Positions 52,124 to 61,215 are shown, counted from the stretch's first letter. The stretch: DNA of 64,000 nucleotides from Methanotrichaceae archaeon (GCA_963803145.1 CAWDLW010000008.1:384001-448000), one strand, 5' to 3'. Notes: generated from the sequence alone by a model not told the origin. Numbers and translations: made by a program.

Positions 52124-52388
52124 AGAAGGTTGATGATGACAGGATTCTCGCCTGTATGGAATAGGATATCTGTCTGAAACCAATAATAGTAAAGTCTCTC
52201 TGTGCCTCTGTGTCTCTGTGGTGAATCGTCGTTGGCTCTGTTATCAAACATACAGCATACTTTAACCAACCGCAAGAACAGAAAGGCATAAAGAACGCAC
52301 AAGTATATTTCACAATCATTGAGAAACTTTTCAATAGATTTATAAATCAGGATTGTTATTTAGCGGTAAGTGGGAGGATAACGGATAA

Positions 52389-52976
52389 ATGAGCGTAACG
52401 GGGAGGGGAATCACAGCCATTTTGCCTGCATATAATGAGGAGGTGGCTATAGGCAGCGTGGTCCTGCGGACGAAGCAGTACGCAGACCGCGTGATAGTGG
52501 TTGATGACGGCAGCAGCGACCGCACAGCTGAGGTGGCCAGGCTGGCGGGCGCAGAAGTGATCCGCCACCAGAAGAACATGGGGAAGGGGGCAGCTTTAAA
52601 GACAGGCTTTGAGGCCCTGAATGATCTTCAAAGTGAAGCATATCTACATATCTCCGGGGGTATGGGCCCGAAGAGCGGCAATGAGTCGCAAAATGGGCAT
52701 GGAATCATCGTGACCATAGACACCGATGGCCAGCACGATCCGGCGGATATCCCGAAGCTGGTCGAACCCATACTGAAGGGCGAGGCGGATATGGTCAACG
52801 GCAGCCGCTACCTGAATGGCAACAAGAAGGATACACCTTTTTACCGCCGAATGGGCCAGAAAGTTCTTGATGCGGCCACCAACCTGGATAGCGGGTTGAG
52901 TGTGACTGATACACAGAGTGGATTTCGGGCGTTTTCATCTCAACAGATTTCGGTTTACTTAAATACAAGATTATAG
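52389..52976 (+). pseudogene. Truncated GT2 glycosyltransferase (duplicate of the 58570 gene)
   Basis: 52201-52934 nearly identical to 58382-59115; similarity stops after DTQSGFRAF. Confidence 0.85.
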
Positions 52977-52990
52977 CATATCTTATTATT

Positions 52991-53272
52991 ATGGAGTGGA
53001 TGATTCAAGGATTAGAAAAGTTGGGCGAGATCAAACCCGACGCCCTAAAAAAAGTTCTCAAGGACATAGAGGAACAAAGGCCGGAGATATTTCGCTCTCT
53101 AGTACTCATCGCTTATGTAGATAATAAAATCAGCCTATCCAAGGCTGCCGAGCTTCTAGGGCTCTCCAGAATTGAGCTCCAAGAGGAGCTTCTGGAGGCA
53201 GGAATTCCTATCAGATCCCTTTCCGAGGATGATATTGCAGCAGAAGTCGAGATGCTGAGAAAATGCTGCTGA
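52991..53272 (+). CDS. UPF0175-family antitoxin
   Basis: AY....ISLSKAAELLGLSR.EL......GIP. Confidence 0.8.
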   Translation: MEWMIQGLEKLGEIKPDALKKVLKDIEEQRPEIFRSLVLIAYVDNKISLSKAAELLGLSRIELQEELLEAGIPIRSLSEDDIAAEVEMLRKCC

Positions 53273-53736
53273 TTGCGGATACGACTGTAATATCCAATTT
53301 CGCTCTCATTCGAAGACTAGATCTTCTTACAGGCATAAAGGATCTCTGTACTACAGAAGAAGTGTGGGAAGAGCTAGAAGCTGCCAGGAGAAGGAAGATC
53401 CTGGAAATTGCCCAGACTGAGCTGAAGGTAGAAATCCTGAAAATGGACGAAGATGAAAAGGAGAGCTTCCTCCAGTTGAGCAGCAGGTTTGGGCGGGGAG
53501 AGGCATCGTGCCTTGCAATAGCGCTTCATCGAGACGCAGGAATACTGACGGATGATCTCGATGCCAGAAGATTCGCCCAAATGGGAAACATTCCAGTCTC
53601 CGGAAGCTTAGGCGTGCTTGTGAAATGCATTGAGAATGGCAAATTATCCTTGACACAGGGAAATGAGCTCCTAGCTGGAATGATCAAGAATGGGTTTTAT
53701 TCGCCAGTTGCATGCTTGGATCGATTCTTGCACTGA
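53263..53736 (+). CDS. PIN-domain (DUF3368) toxin
   Basis: ADTTVISNFA, GRGEASCLA.A, LTDD..ARR, GSLGVL, GFY. Confidence 0.85.
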   Translation: MLLIADTTVISNFALIRRLDLLTGIKDLCTTEEVWEELEAARRRKILEIAQTELKVEILKMDEDEKESFLQLSSRFGRGEASCLAIALHRDAGILTDDLDARRFAQMGNIPVSGSLGVLVKCIENGKLSLTQGNELLAGMIKNGFYSPVACLDRFLH

Positions 53737-53768
53737 TCATGGTTCCTTAAGATTGTAGTTCTATAGCA

Positions 53769-53866
53769 TACATTTCCTTCTGGGGCTAAAATTAGCGGTT
53801 TACTAGCGTCCTCAATCGCCGGACAGGCTGCCTCTAACCCCTCGCTGGGGGAAGGCTTTGGAAACT
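53769..53866 (+). repeat. Cassette-boundary repeat R5
   Basis: TTCCTTCTGGGGCTAAAATTAGCGGTTTACTAGCGTCCTCAATCGCCGGAC...GGGGGAAGGCTTTGGAAA. Confidence 0.93.
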
Positions 53867-53898
53867 GTGAGATATAAGGTTGAAATCCTGGAATCCAA

Positions 53899-54141
53899 AT
53901 GAAACAAATAACTTTCATACAGCATGCTATCGATAGATTGAAAGAAAGAGGGATCTCTTCAGAGCAGGTAAAAGAGATAGTACTAAATCCAGATTATACT
54001 GATCGATTAGATGGTAGGAAAATTGCACAGAAACTTATTAATGGAAAACTGATAAGAGTAATATACGATGAAGAAAAGGATGTAATAATTATCATCAGCG
54101 CTTACAGAACCTCAAAAGTGGGCAAATACTTGAGGAAATAG
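53899..54141 (+). CDS. DUF4258-family (RelE-like) putative toxin
   Basis: F.QHA..R..ERGIS.E.V.....NPD...IRVIY...IISAY. Confidence 0.8.
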   Translation: MKQITFIQHAIDRLKERGISSEQVKEIVLNPDYTDRLDGRKIAQKLINGKLIRVIYDEEKDVIIIISAYRTSKVGKYLRK

Positions 54142-54143
54142 AA

Positions 54144-54359
54144 ATGAAGATCTCCTATGATTCAAAATATGATGTATTATATATGAAATTCTCTGATGGA
54201 AAGGTTGCAGATACCATTGAAGCAGATGGCGGCCTTTTAATCGATTATGGAGAGCAAAAAGAGGTAATCGGAATCGAGATCATTAATGCTTCAAGCATGA
54301 TGAAAACCAAACCATTACAAGAGATAGTGATCAAGATTCAAGAAGACGCAGAGGCTTGA
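54144..54359 (+). CDS. DUF2283-family putative antitoxin
   Basis: MKISYD...DVLY.KF...T.E....LIDY.....IGIEI.NAS. Confidence 0.85.
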   Translation: MKISYDSKYDVLYMKFSDGKVADTIEADGGLLIDYGEQKEVIGIEIINASSMMKTKPLQEIVIKIQEDAEA

Positions 54360-54538
54360 ATGCTCGCATAAAAGATGCGTGAACTCTCGAAGATATTACC
54401 TTCATATAAAAGAGTTCTTCTCTTGAGCTGGATTCTATACTTCGTTTCTAGTGGAAATCGGGCTTGATGCGTAAAATCGCGGGCAATGTAGAAGCTAAAC
54501 AGGTGCATTCACCTGAAAATATGATCGAGGTAAACCAT

Positions 54539-54742
54539 ATGGATACAAAGAAACGCATGCCTGCAACCAGCCGAATCCCTGTATCCAGAGCAGTCTGGGC
54601 CGAACTGACAATGCTAAAGAAGCCTGGGGAAACTTTCGATCAACTCTTAGAGGAAATGATCGAAAGAGAAAAGAAGAACAGGTTTTTCGAGGATATGGAT
54701 CGCATCGAGAAGAGAGGTAAGTTTGTGGCGATGAAATGGTAG
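54539..54742 (+). CDS. Small RHH-like antitoxin
   Basis: I.VS..VW.EL..LK.PGETFD.LL; GAGGT RBS; overlaps the toxin fragment. Confidence 0.7.
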   Translation: MDTKKRMPATSRIPVSRAVWAELTMLKKPGETFDQLLEEMIEREKKNRFFEDMDRIEKRGKFVAMKW

Positions 54743-54807
54743 ACTATGATGTGGTCATAGATATAGACGCACAGGAATTTCTGGAGCTAAAACCAGCTGT
54801 TCACTAG
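54736..54807 (+). pseudogene. RelE-like toxin N-terminal fragment truncated by repeat R6
   Basis: MVDYDVVIDIDAQEFL overlaps the antitoxin stop and runs directly into repeat sequence. Confidence 0.55.
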
Positions 54808-54830
54808 CGCGCTCAGTCGCCGGACGGGCT
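54779..54830 (+). repeat. Cassette-boundary repeat R6 (partial)
   Basis: TTCTGGAGCTAAAACCAGCTGTTCACTAGCGCGCTCAGTCGCCGGACGGGCT. Confidence 0.8.
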
Positions 54831-54911
54831 TTAAGAAACTACTATTCATGAGACCAGATTCTAGAACCACTCAAACTTTGCGTTTGGGCTGACTAATACA
54901 ATTCCAAAAAC

Positions 54912-55014
54912 TACACTTCCTTCTGGGGCTAATACCAAGGGGTTTTACTGGCGTCCTCAATCGCCGGACGGGCTACCCCTAACCCCTCTTCGGGGGAAGG
55001 ATTTGGAAAACGAT
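54912..55014 (+). repeat. Cassette-boundary repeat R7
   Basis: Full core with small indels. Confidence 0.93.
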
Positions 55015-55211
55015 AGGCTAAATGGTTGATGAGGACATGACGAACGATTCCTTTTTACGTTGAATAGGACATCTGTCTGAAACCAATAATATTAAAGTCT
55101 CTGTGTGGTACGAAAATGATTTGCTTCTGGGTCTTTAGGCCGGAAAAGCAATCTATCGGTATTGCTTGAATAGATAATGCCAAATACAAAGAACTCGCAG
55201 TTTATTTAAAA

Positions 55212-55616
55212 ATGAAACGGCTCATAGCTCACATCTCCGGCAACGTCCAGCAGGTCGGTTATAGGGCTAAGGTGATCGATATGGCCAGGGCCTTTGGTCT
55301 AAAGGGCATGATCGAGAACCTGAAAGATGGACGAGTATTGATTATAGCCGACGGCGAAGACAAAAAGCTGGAATGGTTCGAAGATGCAATCAATATTAAA
55401 AACACCCTTATCCAGGTAACCTCTATAGAGAAGGAATACTCTGCCACAGATGGAAAGTTCGATGATTTTGGCAAGCTCGTGTTCGAAGATGATATCAGGC
55501 TGGAAGAAGGCGTCGAGGCCATGTTGGAGATACTTGACAGCATAGAAGATATCGATAATATTCTGATTGATATGAAATCAAACCGGGACAGCTTGAGAAG
55601 GATCAGGTATCTATGA
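55212..55616 (+). CDS. Acylphosphatase-family protein
   Basis: ISGNVQQVGYR...GLKG.IENL.DGRV.I.A.G. Confidence 0.85.
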   Translation: MKRLIAHISGNVQQVGYRAKVIDMARAFGLKGMIENLKDGRVLIIADGEDKKLEWFEDAINIKNTLIQVTSIEKEYSATDGKFDDFGKLVFEDDIRLEEGVEAMLEILDSIEDIDNILIDMKSNRDSLRRIRYL

Positions 55617-56236
55617 AGCTAAAGATAGAAATAACCGGCCTCAAGGTCCATGATGTGGGCTATAGAGTTTTTCTCGGAAAGCTTGCCATTGGGCTAGCGA
55701 TGCCCGGATTTATAGCATATAATTGGAATGAAGAAGGACACCAGGAGGTTATAGCTTTGGCTGAAGGCGATCCTGCCAGGATGGCAATACTTCAAAAGCA
55801 AATCGAAGAAAAAAAGCCAGAGCTTGCTGAGATATCATCGATAACCTTCGAGGATTACGATGGCGATGTTGGGCGCACCAGTGAATTTGCGATGTTCTTA
55901 TCCTTTGAGCAGCTAGACAAGGCCATCCCCATTCTCCAGGCAGTAAGAGCAAATACAGACACAATCCCACAGATAGCTAAGAACACTGCGTTAATCCCAA
56001 AGATAGCCGAGAACACTGCGCTAATCCCAAAGATAGCTGAGAACACTGCGTTAATCCCGCAGATAGCCAAGAACATTGAGAAAATAGCCCAAACCACCGA
56101 TAGGACTGCCAAGACCTCTGAGCATATCCTGGAATAGGTCAAGGAGATCAGGGAGGATCAACCAAGCTTCGCAGTGCAACTAAAGCAACTACAACAGGAT
56201 GTCCAGGCTATAAAGTCTCAGTTAGGGATGCAGTGA
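55613..56236 (+). pseudogene. Acylphosphatase-like protein with 10-aa repeats and internal TAG (56135-56137)
   Basis: ITG.KVHDVGYR; (IPxIAxNTAL) repeats; 32 further sense codons after the TAG, ending TGA at 56236. Confidence 0.65.
55964..56077 (+). repeat. 30-bp coding tandem repeat, ~3.8 copies
   Basis: ATCCC..AGATAGC..AGAACACTGCG.TA units. Confidence 0.85.
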
Positions 56237-56371
56237 GAAGTATGAAGAGTTCGCCGAGAGATTGTGGGGATAAAGACAGCTCTTTCTAAGATAAAAGTGG
56301 TGGCTGCTTAAATTATCCTTTTGATGAAAACCAATTTGCTGCAATATTTCCGAGCGATCACAGTTCGAGCT

Positions 56372-56473
56372 TACACTTTCTTCCGGGGCTAAAACTAACG
56401 GTTTTCCTAGTGCCCTCAATCGCCGGACGGGCTGCCCCTAACCCCTCTCCGGGGGAAGGCTTTGGAAAACGAT
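56372..56473 (+). repeat. Cassette-boundary repeat R8
   Basis: TACACTTTCTTCCGGGGCTAAAACTAACGG...CCCCTAACCCCTCTCCGGGGGAAGGCTTTGGAAAACGAT. Confidence 0.93.
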
Positions 56474-56482
56474 ACAAGGTTT

Positions 56483-56923
56483 ATGAGAATCTACATGGAT
56501 GTTTGCTGCCTATGCAGACCTTTTGATGATAGAACCCAAGATAGAATCAGAATTGAGTCAGAAGCGGTTCTCACAATCCTCCAAAGATGTTCTCAAGATT
56601 GGGCGCTCCTTGGGAGCGAAGTGATTGATTTTGAAGTATCGATGGTGCATGATTCCAGGAAAAGAAGAGAGTTGGAGCTACAGGCATCCATCTTCAGAGA
56701 AAAAATAATCGTTAATGAAAGGATCATTAAAAGAGCATCGGAGCTTGAGAAAATTGGGTTTAAAGCTATAGATGCAATACATATCTCCTCAGCAGAAAGT
56801 AAAGCAGATATCATGCTGACAACAGATGATAACATATTAATGGCCGCAAGGAGAAACAGCAAACTTATCATGATTGAGATAGATAATCCTGTGTGGTGGC
56901 TGATGAATGTCCTCCAAGACTGA
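56483..56923 (+). CDS. PIN-domain toxin
   Basis: IYMDVCCLCRPFDD.TQ.RI..E.EA, DAIHI..A, LTTDD. Confidence 0.85.
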   Translation: MRIYMDVCCLCRPFDDRTQDRIRIESEAVLTILQRCSQDWALLGSEVIDFEVSMVHDSRKRRELELQASIFREKIIVNERIIKRASELEKIGFKAIDAIHISSAESKADIMLTTDDNILMAARRNSKLIMIEIDNPVWWLMNVLQD

Positions 56924-57134
56924 CCTGCTAAGCAATGAGGAGATCAGAAGACGCGGGATTGAAGCACTTGAGCATGCGCTGGGGCCAGTTGATACAGTCA
57001 GATTCCTGCAGAGCTTTTCGCTCGGAAGAGGAGATTATACAAAGGAGCGTGCGAAGGTGCTTGACCTTGAGCTCGATGAGATTGTCGGGGGAATCGAGAA
57101 AAGGCGAAAGCTGGAGAACAACGAGGATAGTTGA
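56907..57134 (+). CDS. Probable antitoxin partner of the PIN gene
   Basis: EI...G..AL...LG.....RFL.....G.GDYT.ER motif; overlaps the PIN gene. Confidence 0.75.
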   Translation: MSSKTDLLSNEEIRRRGIEALEHALGPVDTVRFLQSFSLGRGDYTKERAKVLDLELDEIVGGIEKRRKLENNEDS

Positions 57135-57158
57135 TCATCAACTGACCCATGTATTATC

Positions 57159-57266
57159 AACCACGAAGACGATAATTTAGCTATGGTAAAGGAACACAGC
57201 CAGGATAAAATGTTAAACGATTAGTTCTTTGTGCGGCCTTTGTGGTCTTTCTCGCCTTTGTTGTGA
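57159..57266. repeat. CACAAAG/CTTTGTG hairpin element, degenerate copy H1
   Basis: Shares ATTTAGCTA.GG..AAGGAAC and TTAGTTCTTTGTGCGGCCTTTGTG with H2/H3. Confidence 0.8.
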
Positions 57267-57427
57267 ACAATCGTTGACTCGGTTATTTAACATATAGCGC
57301 ACTGTTGCTAACTACAGAACTACAAAACGCCGAGCGGTTTAGTTTCAGTAAAAATAAGAAATTGATCCTTCATGGTCTTCAGGTGAAAGGCTATTGGCCT
57401 TGCAACTAAAAAAACGACGAACTGTCA

Positions 57428-57584
57428 ACCACAAAGACACAAAGGGCACTAAGAACCCACAAAGACGACGATTTAGCTAGGGGAAAGGAACAGAGTCAGG
57501 CTAAATAGTTAAAAAGGCTCCTTGTAAATCAAAAGATAAAATTAGTTCTTTGTGCGGCCTTTGTGGTCTTTGTGACTTTGTGGT
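57428..57584. repeat. CACAAAG/CTTTGTG hairpin element H2
   Basis: ACCACAAAGACACAAAGGGCACTAAGAACCCACAAAG ... CTTTGTGCGGCCTTTGTGGTCTTTGTGACTTTGTGGT. Confidence 0.9.
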
Positions 57585-57693
57585 GGATCGTCGTTAGTAC
57601 TGTTATCAAACATGCAGCGTACCATAATCGACCGTGAGAAGCATAAAGAAGCCATTAACCTTAGCTTTCCCGATAACTTCGTGATCTGATCAG

Positions 57694-58125
57694 ATGGCCG
57701 AAATTCACTCGCACGATAACGCTCCTGAAGCTCAAGACGCGCACGCAAGACAAAGGGCAGACGAACTCTCGAAGGATCTCATCGGCGCCGCCATTGAAGT
57801 TCACAGGCGGCTTGGGCCGGGGCTTCTGGAATCTGCTTATGAAGAGTGCCTGTGCTGCGAGCTTGGGTTAAAGGGCATAGAATTCAAACGGCAAGTTCCT
57901 CAGCCGGTGATTTATAAGGGCGTGAAGCTTGATTGCGGATACAGGCTTGATCTTCTTGTCGAGGATCTGGTCATAGTCGAAGTAAAGGCTATCGAGGCGA
58001 TTGGTCCAATTCATGAGGCTCAGCTTCTAACCTATCTGAGGTTGAGAGGCTCCTGGCTCGGGCTGATAATCAACTTCAATGTGATTCTGCTGAGAGACGG
58101 GATTAAGAGGCTCGTTAATGGCTGA
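57694..58125 (+). CDS. GxxExxY protein (PD-(D/E)XK nuclease superfamily)
   Basis: AIEVHR.LGPGLLESAYE, YRLDLLVE..VIVEVK, H.AQLLTYL, GLIINF. Confidence 0.95.
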   Translation: MAEIHSHDNAPEAQDAHARQRADELSKDLIGAAIEVHRRLGPGLLESAYEECLCCELGLKGIEFKRQVPQPVIYKGVKLDCGYRLDLLVEDLVIVEVKAIEAIGPIHEAQLLTYLRLRGSWLGLIINFNVILLRDGIKRLVNG

Positions 58126-58270
58126 AGGTTCAGAGCTGCCAGATTTATTAATATCGCAATTATACAGCTATCCCTCACAAAGGACACGAAAAATGCAAGG
58201 ACGACTTCAGCTGGCGTACTTATAAACAGGGCGTGCTGACAAACAACGAACTAAAAACGACGAACTATCT

Positions 58271-58403
58271 ACCACAAAGACACAAAGGGCACTGAGAACG
58301 CACAAAGACGAATGATTTAGCTAGGGTCAAGGAACATAACTAGGATAAAAGGTTAGAAAATTAGTTCTTTGTGCGGCCTTTGTGATCTTTGTGCCTTTGT
58401 GGT
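58271..58403. repeat. CACAAAG/CTTTGTG hairpin element H3
   Basis: Direct repeat of H2 including flanks. Confidence 0.9.
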
Positions 58404-58569
58404 GAATCGTCGTTGGCTCTGTTATCAAACATGCAGCATACTTTAACCAACCGCAAGAATAGAAAGGCATAAAGAACGCACAAGTATATTTCACAATCAT
58501 TGAGAAACTTTTCAATAGATTTATAAATCAGGATTGTTATTTAGCGGTAAGTGGGAGGATAACGGATAA

Positions 58570-59214
58570 ATGAGCGTAACGGGGAGGGGAATCACAGCCA
58601 TTTTGCCTGCCTATAATGAGGAGGTGGCTATAGGCAGCGTGGTCCTGCGGACGAAGCAGTACGCAGACCGCGTGATAGTGGTCGATGACGGCAGCAGCGA
58701 CCGCACCGCAGAGGTGGCGAGGCTTGCGGGCGCAGAAGTGATCCGCCACCAGAAGAACATGGGAAAGGGTGCAGCTTTAAAGACAGGCTTTGAGGCCCTG
58801 AATGATCTTCAAAGTGAAGCATATCTACATATCTCTGGGGGTATGGGCCCGAAGAGCGGCACCGAATCGCAAAATGGGCATGGAATCATCGTGACCATAG
58901 ACACCGACGGCCAGCACGACCCGGCGGATATCCCAAAGCTGGTTGAGCCGATCATGAAGGGCGAGGCGGATATGGTAAACGGTAGCCGCTACCTGAATGG
59001 CAACAAGAAAGATACACCTTTTTACCGCCGAGTAGGCCAGAAAGTCCTTGACGTGGCCACCAACCTGGATAGCGGGTTGGACATCACTGATACACAGAGT
59101 GGATTTCGGGCGTTTGCCTCAAAAACCAAGGATGCTTTTAGGCTCCATCAGAATGGCATGATTTTTCTTAACTTTATTCATCACGGGGAGATGGGTGTAT
59201 GTCGCTCACTATAG
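58570..59214 (+). CDS. GT2 glycosyltransferase (Dol-P-Man synthase-like), probably C-terminally truncated
   Basis: PAYNEE, VVDDGS.D.T, N.GKG.A, DTDGQHDP, DTQSGFRA; lacks the C-terminal part present in 59199-60185. Confidence 0.75.
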   Translation: MSVTGRGITAILPAYNEEVAIGSVVLRTKQYADRVIVVDDGSSDRTAEVARLAGAEVIRHQKNMGKGAALKTGFEALNDLQSEAYLHISGGMGPKSGTESQNGHGIIVTIDTDGQHDPADIPKLVEPIMKGEADMVNGSRYLNGNKKDTPFYRRVGQKVLDVATNLDSGLDITDTQSGFRAFASKTKDAFRLHQNGMIFLNFIHHGEMGVCRSL

Positions 59215-60185
59215 CCGCAATGCCGGCCTACAATGAGGAGCGGTCCATCGCCAAGATGGTTCTGGGCTGCAAGAAGTATGTAGATACCGTGGTGGTGGTG
59301 GACGACGGCAGCTTCGATGCCACAGCTGAGATCGCCGATTCAGTAGGCGCCTATGTCGTGACGCATGAAAGAAATGGAGGCTATGGCGCTGCACTTCAGA
59401 CCTGCTTCGAGACCGCCCGGGATCTTGACGCAGATAAAATGGTAATAATCGACTCCGATGGCCAGCATGATCCTTCGGAGATTCCCATGCTACTGGAGCC
59501 TCTCAGCAAAGGCGTAGATCTTGTGATTGGCTCCCGGTTCTGCAACGGCAACGGCCAGAACGTTCCTGCCTATCGCAAGCTCGGCTTGAAGGTTCTGAAT
59601 ATTGCCACCAATATAGTCGGCGGCGTTAATGTCACGGATAGCCAAAGCGGTTTCAGGGCTTATGGAAAGCGGGCTATAGATTGCATAGATGTCGATGACA
59701 GTGGCATGTCTGCAGGCTCAGAGATACTTCTTCAGGCCAAGGATAACAAACTGAAGATCGAGGAGGTTGAGATCCACTGCAGCTACGATGTAGAAAGGGC
59801 CTCTACACAGAACCCTGTGAGACATGGGGTCAAAGTGCTGCTGATTCTGCTCCAGGATATGGAGCTTCGGAGACCGCTATACTATTTTACATTGCCTGGG
59901 ATGGCGCTTGCTGCAGTTGGGATTGGAATCGGGCTGGAATTGCTGAGGGCTTTCTACCATGGTGGCCAGCTTAGTTATGGGCTAACTCTGCTAATGATAC
60001 TGTTTACACTTACTGGATCGTTCATGGCATTCACGGGAATAATTCTGCATACAATCTCTAGATTGATTGATCATTCGATAAAGAGGCTTGATGGTTCAAG
60101 GCATATGAGAGCTGAACCTTTCAGCTCAGGTAGAGTGAGACATGAGTATAGCAGTGGTTCTAGGGACACGGCCAGAGATAATTAA
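59199..60185 (+). CDS. GT2 glycosyltransferase with C-terminal TM helices
   Basis: PAYNEE, DDGS, DSDGQHDP, GSRF, DSQSGFRAY, two TM segments. Confidence 0.92.
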   Translation: MSLTIAAMPAYNEERSIAKMVLGCKKYVDTVVVVDDGSFDATAEIADSVGAYVVTHERNGGYGAALQTCFETARDLDADKMVIIDSDGQHDPSEIPMLLEPLSKGVDLVIGSRFCNGNGQNVPAYRKLGLKVLNIATNIVGGVNVTDSQSGFRAYGKRAIDCIDVDDSGMSAGSEILLQAKDNKLKIEEVEIHCSYDVERASTQNPVRHGVKVLLILLQDMELRRPLYYFTLPGMALAAVGIGIGLELLRAFYHGGQLSYGLTLLMILFTLTGSFMAFTGIILHTISRLIDHSIKRLDGSRHMRAEPFSSGRVRHEYSSGSRDTARDN

Positions 60186-61215
60186 GATGGCTCCCGTTAT
60201 TAGGGAGTGTGAACGAAGAAGCCGAGACTATTTCGTGCTTCATACGGGACAACACTATTCTTACGAGATGGATAAAGTCTTCTTCGAGGAGCTTGAGCTT
60301 CCTCAACCAGCATACAACCTGGATGCTGGATCGGGAACTCATGCAGAACAGACTGGAAAAATCATGGCGGGCATCGAAAAGGTTCTTATGAAAGAGATGC
60401 CTGATGTCGTCCTTGTTCAAGGGGATACTAATACAGTTCTGGCTGGTGCCTTGGCTGCCTCAAAGTTACATATTAAAGTTGGGCACGTTGAGGCAGGGCT
60501 CAGGAGCTATGACAGAAACATGCCCGAGGAGATAAATCGGGTTGTAGCAGATCACGTTTCTGATTATCTATTTGCACCTACAGAGACCGCTAAGAATAAT
60601 CTGATTAAAGAAGGAATACCTGAAGATAAGATCTTTATCACGGGAAATACCATCGTAGATTCAGTATATCAAAACAAAGAGATCGCTGAAAGAAAAGTTA
60701 ATGTATTAAAGAATTTAGGACTCAAGCCCAAAGAATATTTTCTGGTAACTATTCATAGAGCGGAGAACGTTGATAATAGTAATAGGCTCAGGGATATCAT
60801 CAAAGGCCTGGAGTTAATAGGCCGTGAGTTTTCACTGCCTGTAGTATTTCCCATACATCCCAGGACTAGAAAGATGGCCCAGGAATTTAACTTTGAATTT
60901 GATGGCATTAGGACCATCAATCCATTAGGGTTCTTGGAGTTCTTGCAGCTTGAAGCAAACGCAAAGCTCGCTTTAACGGATTCTGGAGGAGTACAAGAGG
61001 AAACCTGTATCCTCGGCGTTCCTTGTGTCACTTTGAGAGATAATACTGAGAGGCCAGAAACATTGGAAGTTAAATCCAATACCCTCATTGGAGCAAATGC
61101 AGATGAAATGCTGAAAGGAGCTAAATATATGTTAACGCAGAGCAATGGATGGAAAAATCCCTTTGGTGATGGATATGCAAGTAAATTGATTCTTGATTCT
61201 ATATCTTTAACTTAA
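60142..61215 (+). CDS. wecB: UDP-N-acetylglucosamine 2-epimerase (non-hydrolysing)
   Basis: GTRPEIIKMAP, HTGQHY, VQGDT, HVEAGLRS, PEEINR, TDSGGVQEE. Confidence 0.95.
   Translation: MSIAVVLGTRPEIIKMAPVIRECERRSRDYFVLHTGQHYSYEMDKVFFEELELPQPAYNLDAGSGTHAEQTGKIMAGIEKVLMKEMPDVVLVQGDTNTVLAGALAASKLHIKVGHVEAGLRSYDRNMPEEINRVVADHVSDYLFAPTETAKNNLIKEGIPEDKIFITGNTIVDSVYQNKEIAERKVNVLKNLGLKPKEYFLVTIHRAENVDNSNRLRDIIKGLELIGREFSLPVVFPIHPRTRKMAQEFNFEFDGIRTINPLGFLEFLQLEANAKLALTDSGGVQEETCILGVPCVTLRDNTERPETLEVKSNTLIGANADEMLKGAKYMLTQSNGWKNPFGDGYASKLILDSISLT

Noticed and set aside
48070-56473. Boundary repeat as a minus-strand coding motif (PEPSPEEGLG.ARPAIEDASKPLVLAPEG)
   Set aside because: Copies R3, R7 and R8 have frame-breaking indels, and there is no consistent start or stop
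48070-56473. Canonical integron or CRISPR-like array
   Set aside because: No intI or cas gene in the window, no clear attC core motifs, and the intervals are gene-sized
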